Virus record (IMG/VR): IMGVR_UViG_3300049058_000009
Coordinates: 1-46,050 of that record
DNA length: 46,050 bases
Direction: 5' to 3' (one strand)
Source of the DNA: a virus
Lineage: Duplodnaviria; Caudoviricetes
This document shows positions 16,635 through 24,241 of the stretch, one piece after another. The position numbers and the translations under genes are program-made. Position 1 is the stretch's first letter; the number at the start of each line of letters is the position of its first letter. The notes under the pieces were generated by a model. It made no database searches. It saw only the letters and a program-made list of their open reading frames with translations, and was not told the DNA's origin.

Positions 16635-18388
16635 AGACTGAAACAGTCCATCACATTTCACACAAGATTACTCGGTTACAAGATAAGTGTCCGAAGTGCG
16701 GTAAGGTTGCAAAGGTTAGTCGTGAAACCTTAATCGCAGGTGATGAAGCAGATAAGAAGATTCTGTTTTATGAGTGCGGACACTTTGAAATTAAGACTAT
16801 CAAGAAGGGCACACCGTATCAGAAGTTAGTTTCTAACTGGTGGGAACCTCACGTTGCAGAGTGTAAGCATGATTGGGATATTAATCATTGCACTCAGTGT
16901 GGTGAATACAAGTTATTCGACTTCCAAGTTGAAGGTGCGCGCTTTCTTGAAACAGCTTTACAGATTCAATCAGGTGGAGCTGTATTCGATGAGATGGGAT
17001 TAGGTAAGACTGTTCAATCATTAGCTAATCTTAAGTTTGCTGATGATTCTTTCTTTCCTGTTCTGTTCGTTGTGAAATCAGGAATCAAATTCCAGTGGTT
17101 CAAGGAAATCTTACGCTGGCTTGGTCCTAAGCATATTGCCCAGATTATTGAGAAATCGAATGATTGGGTAATTCCTAATCTGAAGTGCTACATCATTAGC
17201 TATGACTTACTGGTTCCGAAGTCTAAGACACTTAAGTCCGGTAAGAAAGTTGAGCAGGGTTTTGATAGAACCAAGCTTGATTTCATTAAGACTATCGTGG
17301 CTGATGAAGTCCAGCAGATTAAGAATCCTGATAGCACACGAACGCAACAGTTCAGAATGCTCTGCAAGGGCAAAAAGGTTATTGCACTTAGCGGAACTCC
17401 TTGGAAGAACAGAGGTTCTGAATTCTTTTCGATTCTCAATATTCTCGCACCGAGTAAGTTTTATTCTTATCAGGGATTCCTCACTGATTGGGTAGATACT
17501 TATGAGGATGGGAAATATACTAAGCAGGGTGGTATTAAGCGAGTAGCGAAGTTCAAGGAATATATTAAGGACATTGCTATTCGTCGAGAGATTGCAGACG
17601 TTGCAATCGAAATGCCTGATGTTAAGCGAGATTTCATCTTCACTAACTTAGATGACGCTGAACAGAAGACATACGACCATGCTGAATCTGATTTCGTGAA
17701 GTGGTATAATGAACACGTAATCAGTGGCACTGAAGAAACTATGATGAGTGATATGAACATTCTAGCTGAAATGGCTAGGATGCGTCATCTCACTGGCTTA
17801 GCTAAAATCAGTTCCACGATGACATATCTTGAAGAATATTACGAGAACAACGAACGTAAGATAGTGATATTCACACATCATCAGGATGTAATGGATATTC
17901 TCTATCGACAGATGAAAGAGAAATTCTCTGATATTCCAGTGCTAAAGTTGTCGAGTGACTTGAGCGCACAAGATAGATTCGTAATGCAGGAGAAGTTTAA
18001 TAATTCTCCACGTGCATTCATGGTAGCTTCTACTCTAGCTGCTGGCGAAGGTATTAACCTTCAGACTTGCGGTGATGCTATCATGCATGAACGTCAATGG
18101 AATCCGCAGAATGAGGACCAAGCTGCACCAGGTAGATTTAGACGTATTGGTGCTGCACATAAGACAGTTAATGTAATCTTCATGACTGCTGCTGATACTA
18201 TTGATGAGACACTAGCTGCAATTGTAGAAAAGAAGCGAGCATTCTTTCACAACGCAATGAATAAAGGCGAAGTGCAGGGAATGAATATCTCGCTTGCTAA
18301 GGAACTTGCAGCGTCAATCGTGAAACGAGTTAATGAAAAGAAGAATAAACTACAATCAATGGCTTCTCTGAAGCTGGTGAGAAAATAA
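16583..18388 (+). CDS. SNF2-family helicase with N-terminal Zn ribbons
   Basis: DEMGLGKT, ADEVQ, LSGTP, AGEGINLQ, WNPQNEDQA..RFRRIG; no convincing own start. Confidence 0.9.
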   Translation: MHLCFSIRSGADVEIVVETETVHHISHKITRLQDKCPKCGKVAKVSRETLIAGDEADKKILFYECGHFEIKTIKKGTPYQKLVSNWWEPHVAECKHDWDINHCTQCGEYKLFDFQVEGARFLETALQIQSGGAVFDEMGLGKTVQSLANLKFADDSFFPVLFVVKSGIKFQWFKEILRWLGPKHIAQIIEKSNDWVIPNLKCYIISYDLLVPKSKTLKSGKKVEQGFDRTKLDFIKTIVADEVQQIKNPDSTRTQQFRMLCKGKKVIALSGTPWKNRGSEFFSILNILAPSKFYSYQGFLTDWVDTYEDGKYTKQGGIKRVAKFKEYIKDIAIRREIADVAIEMPDVKRDFIFTNLDDAEQKTYDHAESDFVKWYNEHVISGTEETMMSDMNILAEMARMRHLTGLAKISSTMTYLEEYYENNERKIVIFTHHQDVMDILYRQMKEKFSDIPVLKLSSDLSAQDRFVMQEKFNNSPRAFMVASTLAAGEGINLQTCGDAIMHERQWNPQNEDQAAPGRFRRIGAAHKTVNVIFMTAADTIDETLAAIVEKKRAFFHNAMNKGEVQGMNISLAKELAASIVKRVNEKKNKLQSMASLKLVRK

Positions 18389-18693
18389 TGCCCACAATCA
18401 ACTCGATTGAAGCAGGGAAGATTCTAGGAGTAAGTAATGCCCGAGTCACTGAATTAGCTAGATTCGGGCGTCTTCCTCACACTAATAAAGTAAAGAAGGG
18501 AGCTAAACGAATTGTTTGGAAGTTCGATAAGGCTGTTGTTGAGGAATATGCTCACGGTAAGAAGCCTATCGAAACAAGAGTTGAAGAAGTTCTTAAACAA
18601 AAAGTAACTCCAGCACCTCGAAAGAAAAATGGACAGAGTAGACTGGAGAGAATTGAAGCCAAGTTAGATAGGCTTCTGGAAATCTTATGCTGA
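18388..18693 (+). CDS. HTH (excisionase/MerR-like) DNA-binding protein
   Basis: EAGKILGVSNARVTELARFGRLP...WKFDKAVVEEY. Confidence 0.7.
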   Translation: MPTINSIEAGKILGVSNARVTELARFGRLPHTNKVKKGAKRIVWKFDKAVVEEYAHGKKPIETRVEEVLKQKVTPAPRKKNGQSRLERIEAKLDRLLEILC

Positions 18694-18881
18694 GATTGCA
18701 AAGATTACCCAAAGTTCGGGGTGAAGCACAGAAAAGAATTCCTCGCTCTGGTTCTTTTAGTCCTAGAGTTGAGGCAAAGATTGAGGCATTATGTAGAAAG
18801 CATGATGCTTCTAGGTCACGAATCATCGTTACCATCGTGTCCGAGTTTTTCAGGATTAAAGATGGGGGATTCGAGGAATGA
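18687..18881 (+). CDS. Ribbon-helix-helix protein
   Basis: IEALCRKHDASRSRIIVTIVSEFF. Confidence 0.55.
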   Translation: MLRLQRLPKVRGEAQKRIPRSGSFSPRVEAKIEALCRKHDASRSRIIVTIVSEFFRIKDGGFEE

Positions 18882-19054
18882 TGAATATGACCTCGGCAAG
18901 AAAGAAAATGTCAAAGCTCAATCGTAAGCGAGCTTTAATTAGAATTACAAGAGAACTACAGTATATCTTGAGTAAATCACAAGATGAGCCAAATGAAAAA
19001 GATTTAAGAAAGGCCATCTTTCACACAGCTCAAGCATTACAACAATATGATTAG
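18878..19054 (+). CDS. Hypothetical protein (58 aa)
   Basis: ATGA overlap; fills the gap before the nuclease. Confidence 0.5.
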   Translation: MMNMTSARKKMSKLNRKRALIRITRELQYILSKSQDEPNEKDLRKAIFHTAQALQQYD

Positions 19055-19059
19055 GACAT

Positions 19060-19941
19060 ATGGAAATTCTACCAACACCAAAACATAACATCGTTCTTGA
19101 TAGCCAAGTCCTATCATCCTTAATGTCGTGCGGTAGGATGACGGATTATACTTTCAATCGAGATTTACAGGCGAATGGTGGTAAGTCTATCTCGCTAGAG
19201 ATGGGTTCCATTGTTCATACATATCTTGAAACAAAGTATAAGTCTCTCAAGAATGGGATAAAGAAAGCAGAAGCAATTGCATACGGAATGACTGCTGCAC
19301 TTGCTTACTCGAAAAATAAAGAGGAAGTTAATAACTCTACCTCTGAGGATATTGCACTCGCGCTTGATACTTGCATTCAGTATGAGAATCATTATAAGAA
19401 TGACTCATGGGAAACGCAAGCTGTTGAGGAAGTGCGAAGCAAAGAAATCTATGAGGACGATAAACTTCGCATCATTTGGAAGGCTAAGTTCGATTGGATT
19501 GTAAATGTTCCAAATCAGATGAGTAATCTTGCTGTTGACCATAAAACGATGAAACAGCGTAGGGATTCACTCAATCTGAATAATCAGTTTACGGGTCAGG
19601 TTTTACTTACTGGCAATAGACTGATGTTCGTTAACAAAATTGGTTTCCAGAAGTCACTCAAGTTAGAAGAACGCTTTACACGCGCGCCTATTAACTATAC
19701 AGCAGCGCGACTTGAGGAATGGAGTAAAGAGATTGTTCCTTATTGGGCGTATAAGTTAGTTGAGTATGCTGAAAATAAGTATTGGCCCGCTAACTATACG
19801 CACTGTGAGAACAAGTATGGATTCTGTAGATTCAAGGAAGTATGTGAATCGAATCCTAATATGCGAGAAGAAGTTATTCGTATTAACTTCTACAAGGGAA
19901 AGAAGTGGGATATAGGCAATGATACCACGCCTGACGCCTGA
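19060..19941 (+). CDS. PD-(D/E)XK (RecB/Cas4-like) exonuclease
   Basis: GSIVH, KFDWIV...DHKT, Cys pattern C / C-x6-C-x5-C. Confidence 0.85.
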   Translation: MEILPTPKHNIVLDSQVLSSLMSCGRMTDYTFNRDLQANGGKSISLEMGSIVHTYLETKYKSLKNGIKKAEAIAYGMTAALAYSKNKEEVNNSTSEDIALALDTCIQYENHYKNDSWETQAVEEVRSKEIYEDDKLRIIWKAKFDWIVNVPNQMSNLAVDHKTMKQRRDSLNLNNQFTGQVLLTGNRLMFVNKIGFQKSLKLEERFTRAPINYTAARLEEWSKEIVPYWAYKLVEYAENKYWPANYTHCENKYGFCRFKEVCESNPNMREEVIRINFYKGKKWDIGNDTTPDA

Positions 19942-20149
19942 AGATGCAATGAAGATGACGTTAGAGATGGATGAAATGTTAACAAAGGAAGGCTGGAGTA
20001 GAGAAGACGTAGCAGTTGGTCTACTTTGGGTTTCAACTTTGTTAGCAATTTTCATGGACTTTCCCGTGCATAACATTAAGTTTACTAGAATTGTTCGTCT
20101 AGTAGCTGATGCAATGGATAGGATTCATTTCGGCGAAACAATGAATTAG
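19919..20149 (+). CDS. Hypothetical protein
   Basis: ORF overlapping the nuclease end. Confidence 0.55.
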   Translation: MIPRLTPEDAMKMTLEMDEMLTKEGWSREDVAVGLLWVSTLLAIFMDFPVHNIKFTRIVRLVADAMDRIHFGETMN

Positions 20150-20313
20150 TGGGATGAGGACTATGGAATTAATCATAATTGGATTAGCAATAGTCCTTAC
20201 CCCCTATATAATAAGGAAATTTATGTTGAAAATTTTTTGGTTTCTTCGGTTTTTATTCGCTCGACGCAATGATGATTACGTGCCAGTCAAGAATGAGTGG
20301 TTAATTAAATAAC

Positions 20314-20745
20314 ATGAACTTCTTTCCTCTCTTGTTGATGTTAGCACAGCAACCTGCGGAACCAGTTATTCCGACTTATAGAATTCGGAGAACTGCGATG
20401 ACTGCGTTAGTATATCCATATCCTACGCAAATTTCGCAGGAAATTCCAGCAACGGAATGGTTCTGTAATTTAGATGTAGCTGAGCCTGCACCAAGGTCAT
20501 TTAGAATTAGTGACCCTGATAGAGAGGGAAAAGATTGTGAATGGACAGCACCAGAAGGTGCGCCTATTCTTGACCCTACTAAATTGCATCCTCGATATCT
20601 TGCATATTATTATTTTGGGATTTCAATTAGAACAGAGATTGACCCATTGAATCCTTATGGTAATAACAATTGGTCCGAGGAAACAATAGCAGAAATTGAC
20701 CCTGATAATCCGACTAAGCCAATGAATTTTAGAGTAAAGCCATGA
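20314..20745 (+). CDS. Putative exported protein resembling 6624-7040
   Basis: Short hydrophobic N-terminus ending AQ, Cys pair, C-terminal PTKPMNFRV. Confidence 0.6.
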   Translation: MNFFPLLLMLAQQPAEPVIPTYRIRRTAMTALVYPYPTQISQEIPATEWFCNLDVAEPAPRSFRISDPDREGKDCEWTAPEGAPILDPTKLHPRYLAYYYFGISIRTEIDPLNPYGNNNWSEETIAEIDPDNPTKPMNFRVKP

Positions 20746-20960
20746 AATATGGACAACCCATTTACAAAAATGATACAGGTCAAATTTGTAAATTTTGTCA
20801 AGTTGGAAATATAATTCGCATAAGTGGATTGGGGTCATTAGGTGTTGGCGTAATGCATGAATGTAATGTTTGCGCCAAGAATACCTGGGATGTAGCACAA
20901 CAACAAGAAATACAAACATTAAGTGAGATTTTAGAAAAATGCCAACACTTGAAACATTAG
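20742..20960 (+). CDS. Small Zn-ribbon protein
   Basis: CKFC...CNVC. Confidence 0.5.
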   Translation: MKYGQPIYKNDTGQICKFCQVGNIIRISGLGSLGVGVMHECNVCAKNTWDVAQQQEIQTLSEILEKCQHLKH

Positions 20961-21751
20961 ACCCCACATATCAATTTTACATGTTTAAAGGTGAGCCTGG
21001 CACGCGCAAATCTACTGCGGCGCTGAGCTTTCCAACTCCCCAATATTGGTTTAGTTGGGATAAAAAGATGCAGTCGATGCTAGTTCCAATGATGAATTGG
21101 GGCATCAATGTAAATGAAGTTCAATATGATGATTACGGTAACTGGGATGATGCAAGAAAGAAACTTGAGTCACTCCAGATTAGCTCAAACTTCAAGGTAA
21201 ATGGAAAGAAGATTGAGACAGTTATTATTGATAGCATGACTTCTGCTATGGATATGACTATTCGCCAAGTCTCTAAGATTAAGGGACAGTCTGGCGATGG
21301 TAAGAAGATTGCTGGTATTCCAGTAGCAGGCTTCGAGGAATTTAACGCTGAGTCTTCAGCAGGTAATGAAATGATTGCCTTGCTTAAAGACATTCAGACG
21401 AACCATAAGTGCAATATTATTTTGATTGCTCATGTGATGGAAGTTAGTGGTAAAACTCCGGGCGGCGAAACTGTTATGTCACGCTCGATTGTAACAGCAG
21501 CAAAGCGATTAGCTGCAAAGATTCCGGGCTATTGTTCAGAGGTGTATCACTTTGATATTGAGTCTTCTATTAGTGCTAGTGTTCCTGGTGATTACACGAT
21601 TATTACTGAACATACCGGTGATGATTTCGCTCGAACTGGATTGAACTTACCACGTAGATGGAAGATGAATGCTAAGCCTTTGTATAAGGACTTGTTACTT
21701 CCAGCTATTGAGGAATTGAAGGCTAAGAAGATTCAGATGATTAAGGTGTAA
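20939..21751 (+). CDS. AAA_24/Sak4-like recombination ATPase
   Basis: GEPGTRKST, VIIDS, ILIAH. Confidence 0.85.
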   Translation: MPTLETLDPTYQFYMFKGEPGTRKSTAALSFPTPQYWFSWDKKMQSMLVPMMNWGINVNEVQYDDYGNWDDARKKLESLQISSNFKVNGKKIETVIIDSMTSAMDMTIRQVSKIKGQSGDGKKIAGIPVAGFEEFNAESSAGNEMIALLKDIQTNHKCNIILIAHVMEVSGKTPGGETVMSRSIVTAAKRLAAKIPGYCSEVYHFDIESSISASVPGDYTIITEHTGDDFARTGLNLPRRWKMNAKPLYKDLLLPAIEELKAKKIQMIKV

Positions 21752-21752
21752 T

Positions 21753-22085
21753 ATGAATATGGGTTACGTTAAATGGGCACGAATGAACGGTATTGACCCA
21801 CGACATCCGACATCGTTTGATGAATATTTACAACAGAATAATCCAAATTTAAGAGAGGAACTTGTGAATAAAAAGATTACGAAGAAATTTTATGTTGGCT
21901 CTCCGAAGATGAATCCGCTTGGCTCAGATGGTTCTAGTTATGCTATGTGGGCTAAGGATACACTTGAGAAAGCTGTTCAGAATGCTAAGGAACTCTGCGA
22001 GGAAACTGGTGAACCGCAGATTGTAGTTCAGATTGTGCGAGTAGTTAAGCCTCAGAAGGTTCCGATTCTTGTAGAGAAGGTATAA
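21753..22085 (+). CDS. Hypothetical protein
   Basis: Coupled ORF. Confidence 0.65.
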   Translation: MNMGYVKWARMNGIDPRHPTSFDEYLQQNNPNLREELVNKKITKKFYVGSPKMNPLGSDGSSYAMWAKDTLEKAVQNAKELCEETGEPQIVVQIVRVVKPQKVPILVEKV

Positions 22086-22306
22086 TGAGAACACACGATG
22101 ACGTCGAAAATCTTTTTAGCTACCATCGTCTTGACAGTGACGGAGTTATGCGCGTTACTCATTATCGGGAGAAGTTCAAGGCGCTGGCTCACGAAATTAT
22201 TAACACGGAAAAAGAAGGGCCAGAAAGAACTCTAGTTCTTCGTTCTTTGCATACTACGATGATGCAGTTAAACGTTCTTATTTCTTTGGATTATCCGAAG
22301 GAGTAA
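22085..22306 (+). CDS. Tad1/Acb2-like helical-hairpin protein (putative immune-signal sponge)
   Basis: NLFSYH...REKFKALAHEI...GPERTLVLRSLHTTMMQLNVLI resembles the FTYH...RExSLAxTxLEExxMWANxxI pattern. Confidence 0.6.
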   Translation: MRTHDDVENLFSYHRLDSDGVMRVTHYREKFKALAHEIINTEKEGPERTLVLRSLHTTMMQLNVLISLDYPKE

Positions 22307-22343
22307 GACGAATGCCTCCTAGAGTGGCTTCCAATACACTAGG

Positions 22344-22417
22344 TTGTGTGAATGCTTATGAGCTGCGGTAAGCACGTAAAATGACGGAACTCTTAACACC
22401 CGTTAAACGTAACACAA
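22344..22417 (+). promoter_or_regulatory. Structured 5' leader of the SSB gene
   Basis: TTGTGT/ACACAA, TGCTTA/TAAGCA, TGACGG/CCGTTA multibranch. Confidence 0.5.
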
Positions 22418-22435
22418 ACAGAAAAGAGAACAACA

Positions 22436-22882
22436 ATGTCAGACGCATTGCCTATCAAGTTCACTGACCGTGATTTAGCTCGTGGCCGACTGCTTCCGCC
22501 TGCATGGTATCGTGTGCGAGTGGATGATGTTACCACTAAGCTGGCTCAAAAAGGTGACTCAACGAATTACAACGTTGAGGCTACTGTCATTCATAACGCT
22601 GATGATGGTAGCACTGAGGCTGAGCACAATGGTGAGAAGGTTGAGACCGCTGGGTCTGTAATCTTCTGGAACTTTAACAGCAAGGCACCGGGATTTATGC
22701 AGGGTTATTTCCGTGCATTTCTTCCGCCGGATGCTAAGCTCACCTCTAATGAGGTTTATGACCTCAAGGGAACTAAGGGTAAGGAGTTAGAGGTTTTTGT
22801 TGAGAACGGCGAATGGAATGGTGCTCTGGTTAATCGTATCCAGAAGTATCGTGCTGTTCGTGAGGTTCGGGAAGGTAAGTAA
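22436..22882 (+). CDS. ssDNA-binding protein (DUF669-like)
   Basis: LLPPAWYRVRV...EWNGALVNRIQKY; follows the Sak4-like ATPase. Confidence 0.75.
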   Translation: MSDALPIKFTDRDLARGRLLPPAWYRVRVDDVTTKLAQKGDSTNYNVEATVIHNADDGSTEAEHNGEKVETAGSVIFWNFNSKAPGFMQGYFRAFLPPDAKLTSNEVYDLKGTKGKELEVFVENGEWNGALVNRIQKYRAVREVREGK

Positions 22883-22892
22883 AAACTAGATA

Positions 22893-22939
22893 GAAATGGT
22901 TGAGGGTAGGGATTTCCAGCCCCTACTCTCAACCTATTT
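22893..22939 (+). terminator. Hairpin after SSB
   Basis: GGTTGAGGGTAGGG/CCCTACTCTCAACC. Confidence 0.5.
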
Positions 22940-22952
22940 GCAGGAGAGCTAA

Positions 22953-23126
22953 ATGTTTGAACAAGACTCGCGCGCGTGGTATCTTCAGCAGGAAGAAACT
23001 CCTACTTCAGAGGATATTCAAACCGAGGATATTCCTGATACGGAAGATGTTGAAGAAGAACCTGAAGACACGGACGTAGACGAAGATATAGAGATTACGG
23101 ACGACGACGAAGAAGACGAAGATTAG
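22953..23126 (+). CDS. Hyperacidic 57-aa protein (not in track)
   Basis: AGGAG RBS; 29 of 57 residues D/E, one Arg, no Lys. Confidence 0.7.
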   Translation: MFEQDSRAWYLQQEETPTSEDIQTEDIPDTEDVEEEPEDTDVDEDIEITDDDEEDED

Positions 23127-23133
23127 TCACACT

Positions 23134-23172
23134 AATAGGGGAGTAGTTGAATAGTGCTACTCCCCTATTATT
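23134..23172 (+). other. Hairpin upstream of the cold-shock gene
   Basis: TAATAGGGGAGTAG/CTACTCCCCTATTA perfect inverted repeat. Confidence 0.6.
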
Positions 23173-23182
23173 TCGGAGACAT

Positions 23183-23527
23183 ATGGAAAAAGAATATCAT
23201 ATCGGGGTTACTGGAAAAATAACCTACTTAAATGAGGCAGGCTGGGGATTCATTAATTCCCATGCTATTGCTTTTGAACGAATCTATTTCCATTGGACAG
23301 GATTAACTAGCAACTCGCCTAACTTCAAGCACTTGGAGAAGGGTGATGGCGTTAAGTTCACTGCGCATACTAACGTAGATAAAAAAGGCCGCATTAAGTG
23401 GAAGGCCATTAATGTGGAGGTTACAAGTCGTGGACGAAAAGAATCTGGAAGCAATTCAAAAGGAAGCGGAAAAAATTTGGAAGACAGCAAGCCTACTTCC
23501 AGCGGGGACACAAGTCCAAAAGAATAG
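23183..23527 (+). CDS. Cold-shock domain protein
   Basis: GWGFI (RNP1), IYFHW (RNP2), KAINV; GGAG RBS. Confidence 0.8.
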   Translation: MEKEYHIGVTGKITYLNEAGWGFINSHAIAFERIYFHWTGLTSNSPNFKHLEKGDGVKFTAHTNVDKKGRIKWKAINVEVTSRGRKESGSNSKGSGKNLEDSKPTSSGDTSPKE

Positions 23528-23600
23528 GATTCACAATATCAAGGAGGCCGCTGAGTTAATCAAAGAACTCGCGGCTTCTATTAAGGATACTACTCCATGA
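23412..23600 (+). CDS. Hypothetical protein
   Basis: Overlaps the CSD tail; GGAGG before GTG ~23430. Confidence 0.45.
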   Translation: MWRLQVVDEKNLEAIQKEAEKIWKTASLLPAGTQVQKNRIHNIKEAAELIKELAASIKDTTP

Positions 23601-23767
23601 CTAGAAAAGAAGCGGAGACTGTCCTTAAAGTTCTTCAGCGCATTAAGCAGCAAGATTATCACGTTCAATTAGCTGTTATAATTGTTGAAAAGCAATTAAG
23701 ACAGTTTAATGATAGGCGTGGTCAACTCAAAGACCAATATGATTACGATAATGAAAGGCCGTGGTAA
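23597..23767 (+). CDS. Hypothetical protein (56 aa)
   Basis: ATGA overlap upstream, abuts the next start. Confidence 0.55.
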   Translation: MTRKEAETVLKVLQRIKQQDYHVQLAVIIVEKQLRQFNDRRGQLKDQYDYDNERPW

Positions 23768-24241
23768 ATGATTCCAGGCTTCCTTGAAATGCTTGAACGG
23801 ATGAAGGAAATTCATCTGAAGAAGAACAAGGATTATACAACTGACCCTAATGCCAATCCACTGGAGAATTTTGATAGGGCGAATATAATTGCTAGTTGGT
23901 TTCCTGATGAGTATAAGTCATACGCGGTTTTGATTGGCGTTAAACTTGCACGATTAGGTGCGTTACTTTCATCAGGTAAGACACCACAGAATGAACCTGT
24001 TGATGATTCGTTCTTGGATTTAGATACCTATGCAATACTTATGTATTGTCATTGGGTCAGGGAAAATAAAACCTTAAAAGATTGTTATCATTTTAGGGTT
24101 GATACAACATATAAATGTATAGATTGCGAGAAAAACATTCCTCCCAATTTACAATACATTTATCATTTTACAAATAATATTGGTCTGCGCTGCGTATTGC
24201 CAGATGGAATCGTGAACCCCTATGACTCTACCTTACGTTAA
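23768..24241 (+). CDS. Nmad1/DUF1599-like (MazG-like fold) protein
   Basis: KKNKDY...NF...KLARL...DSFLDLDTYAIL. Confidence 0.65.
   Translation: MIPGFLEMLERMKEIHLKKNKDYTTDPNANPLENFDRANIIASWFPDEYKSYAVLIGVKLARLGALLSSGKTPQNEPVDDSFLDLDTYAILMYCHWVRENKTLKDCYHFRVDTTYKCIDCEKNIPPNLQYIYHFTNNIGLRCVLPDGIVNPYDSTLR

Noticed and set aside
19060-19941. Cas4 as part of a CRISPR system
   Set aside because: Context is a phage recombination module (ATPase, SSB) with no cas genes or array
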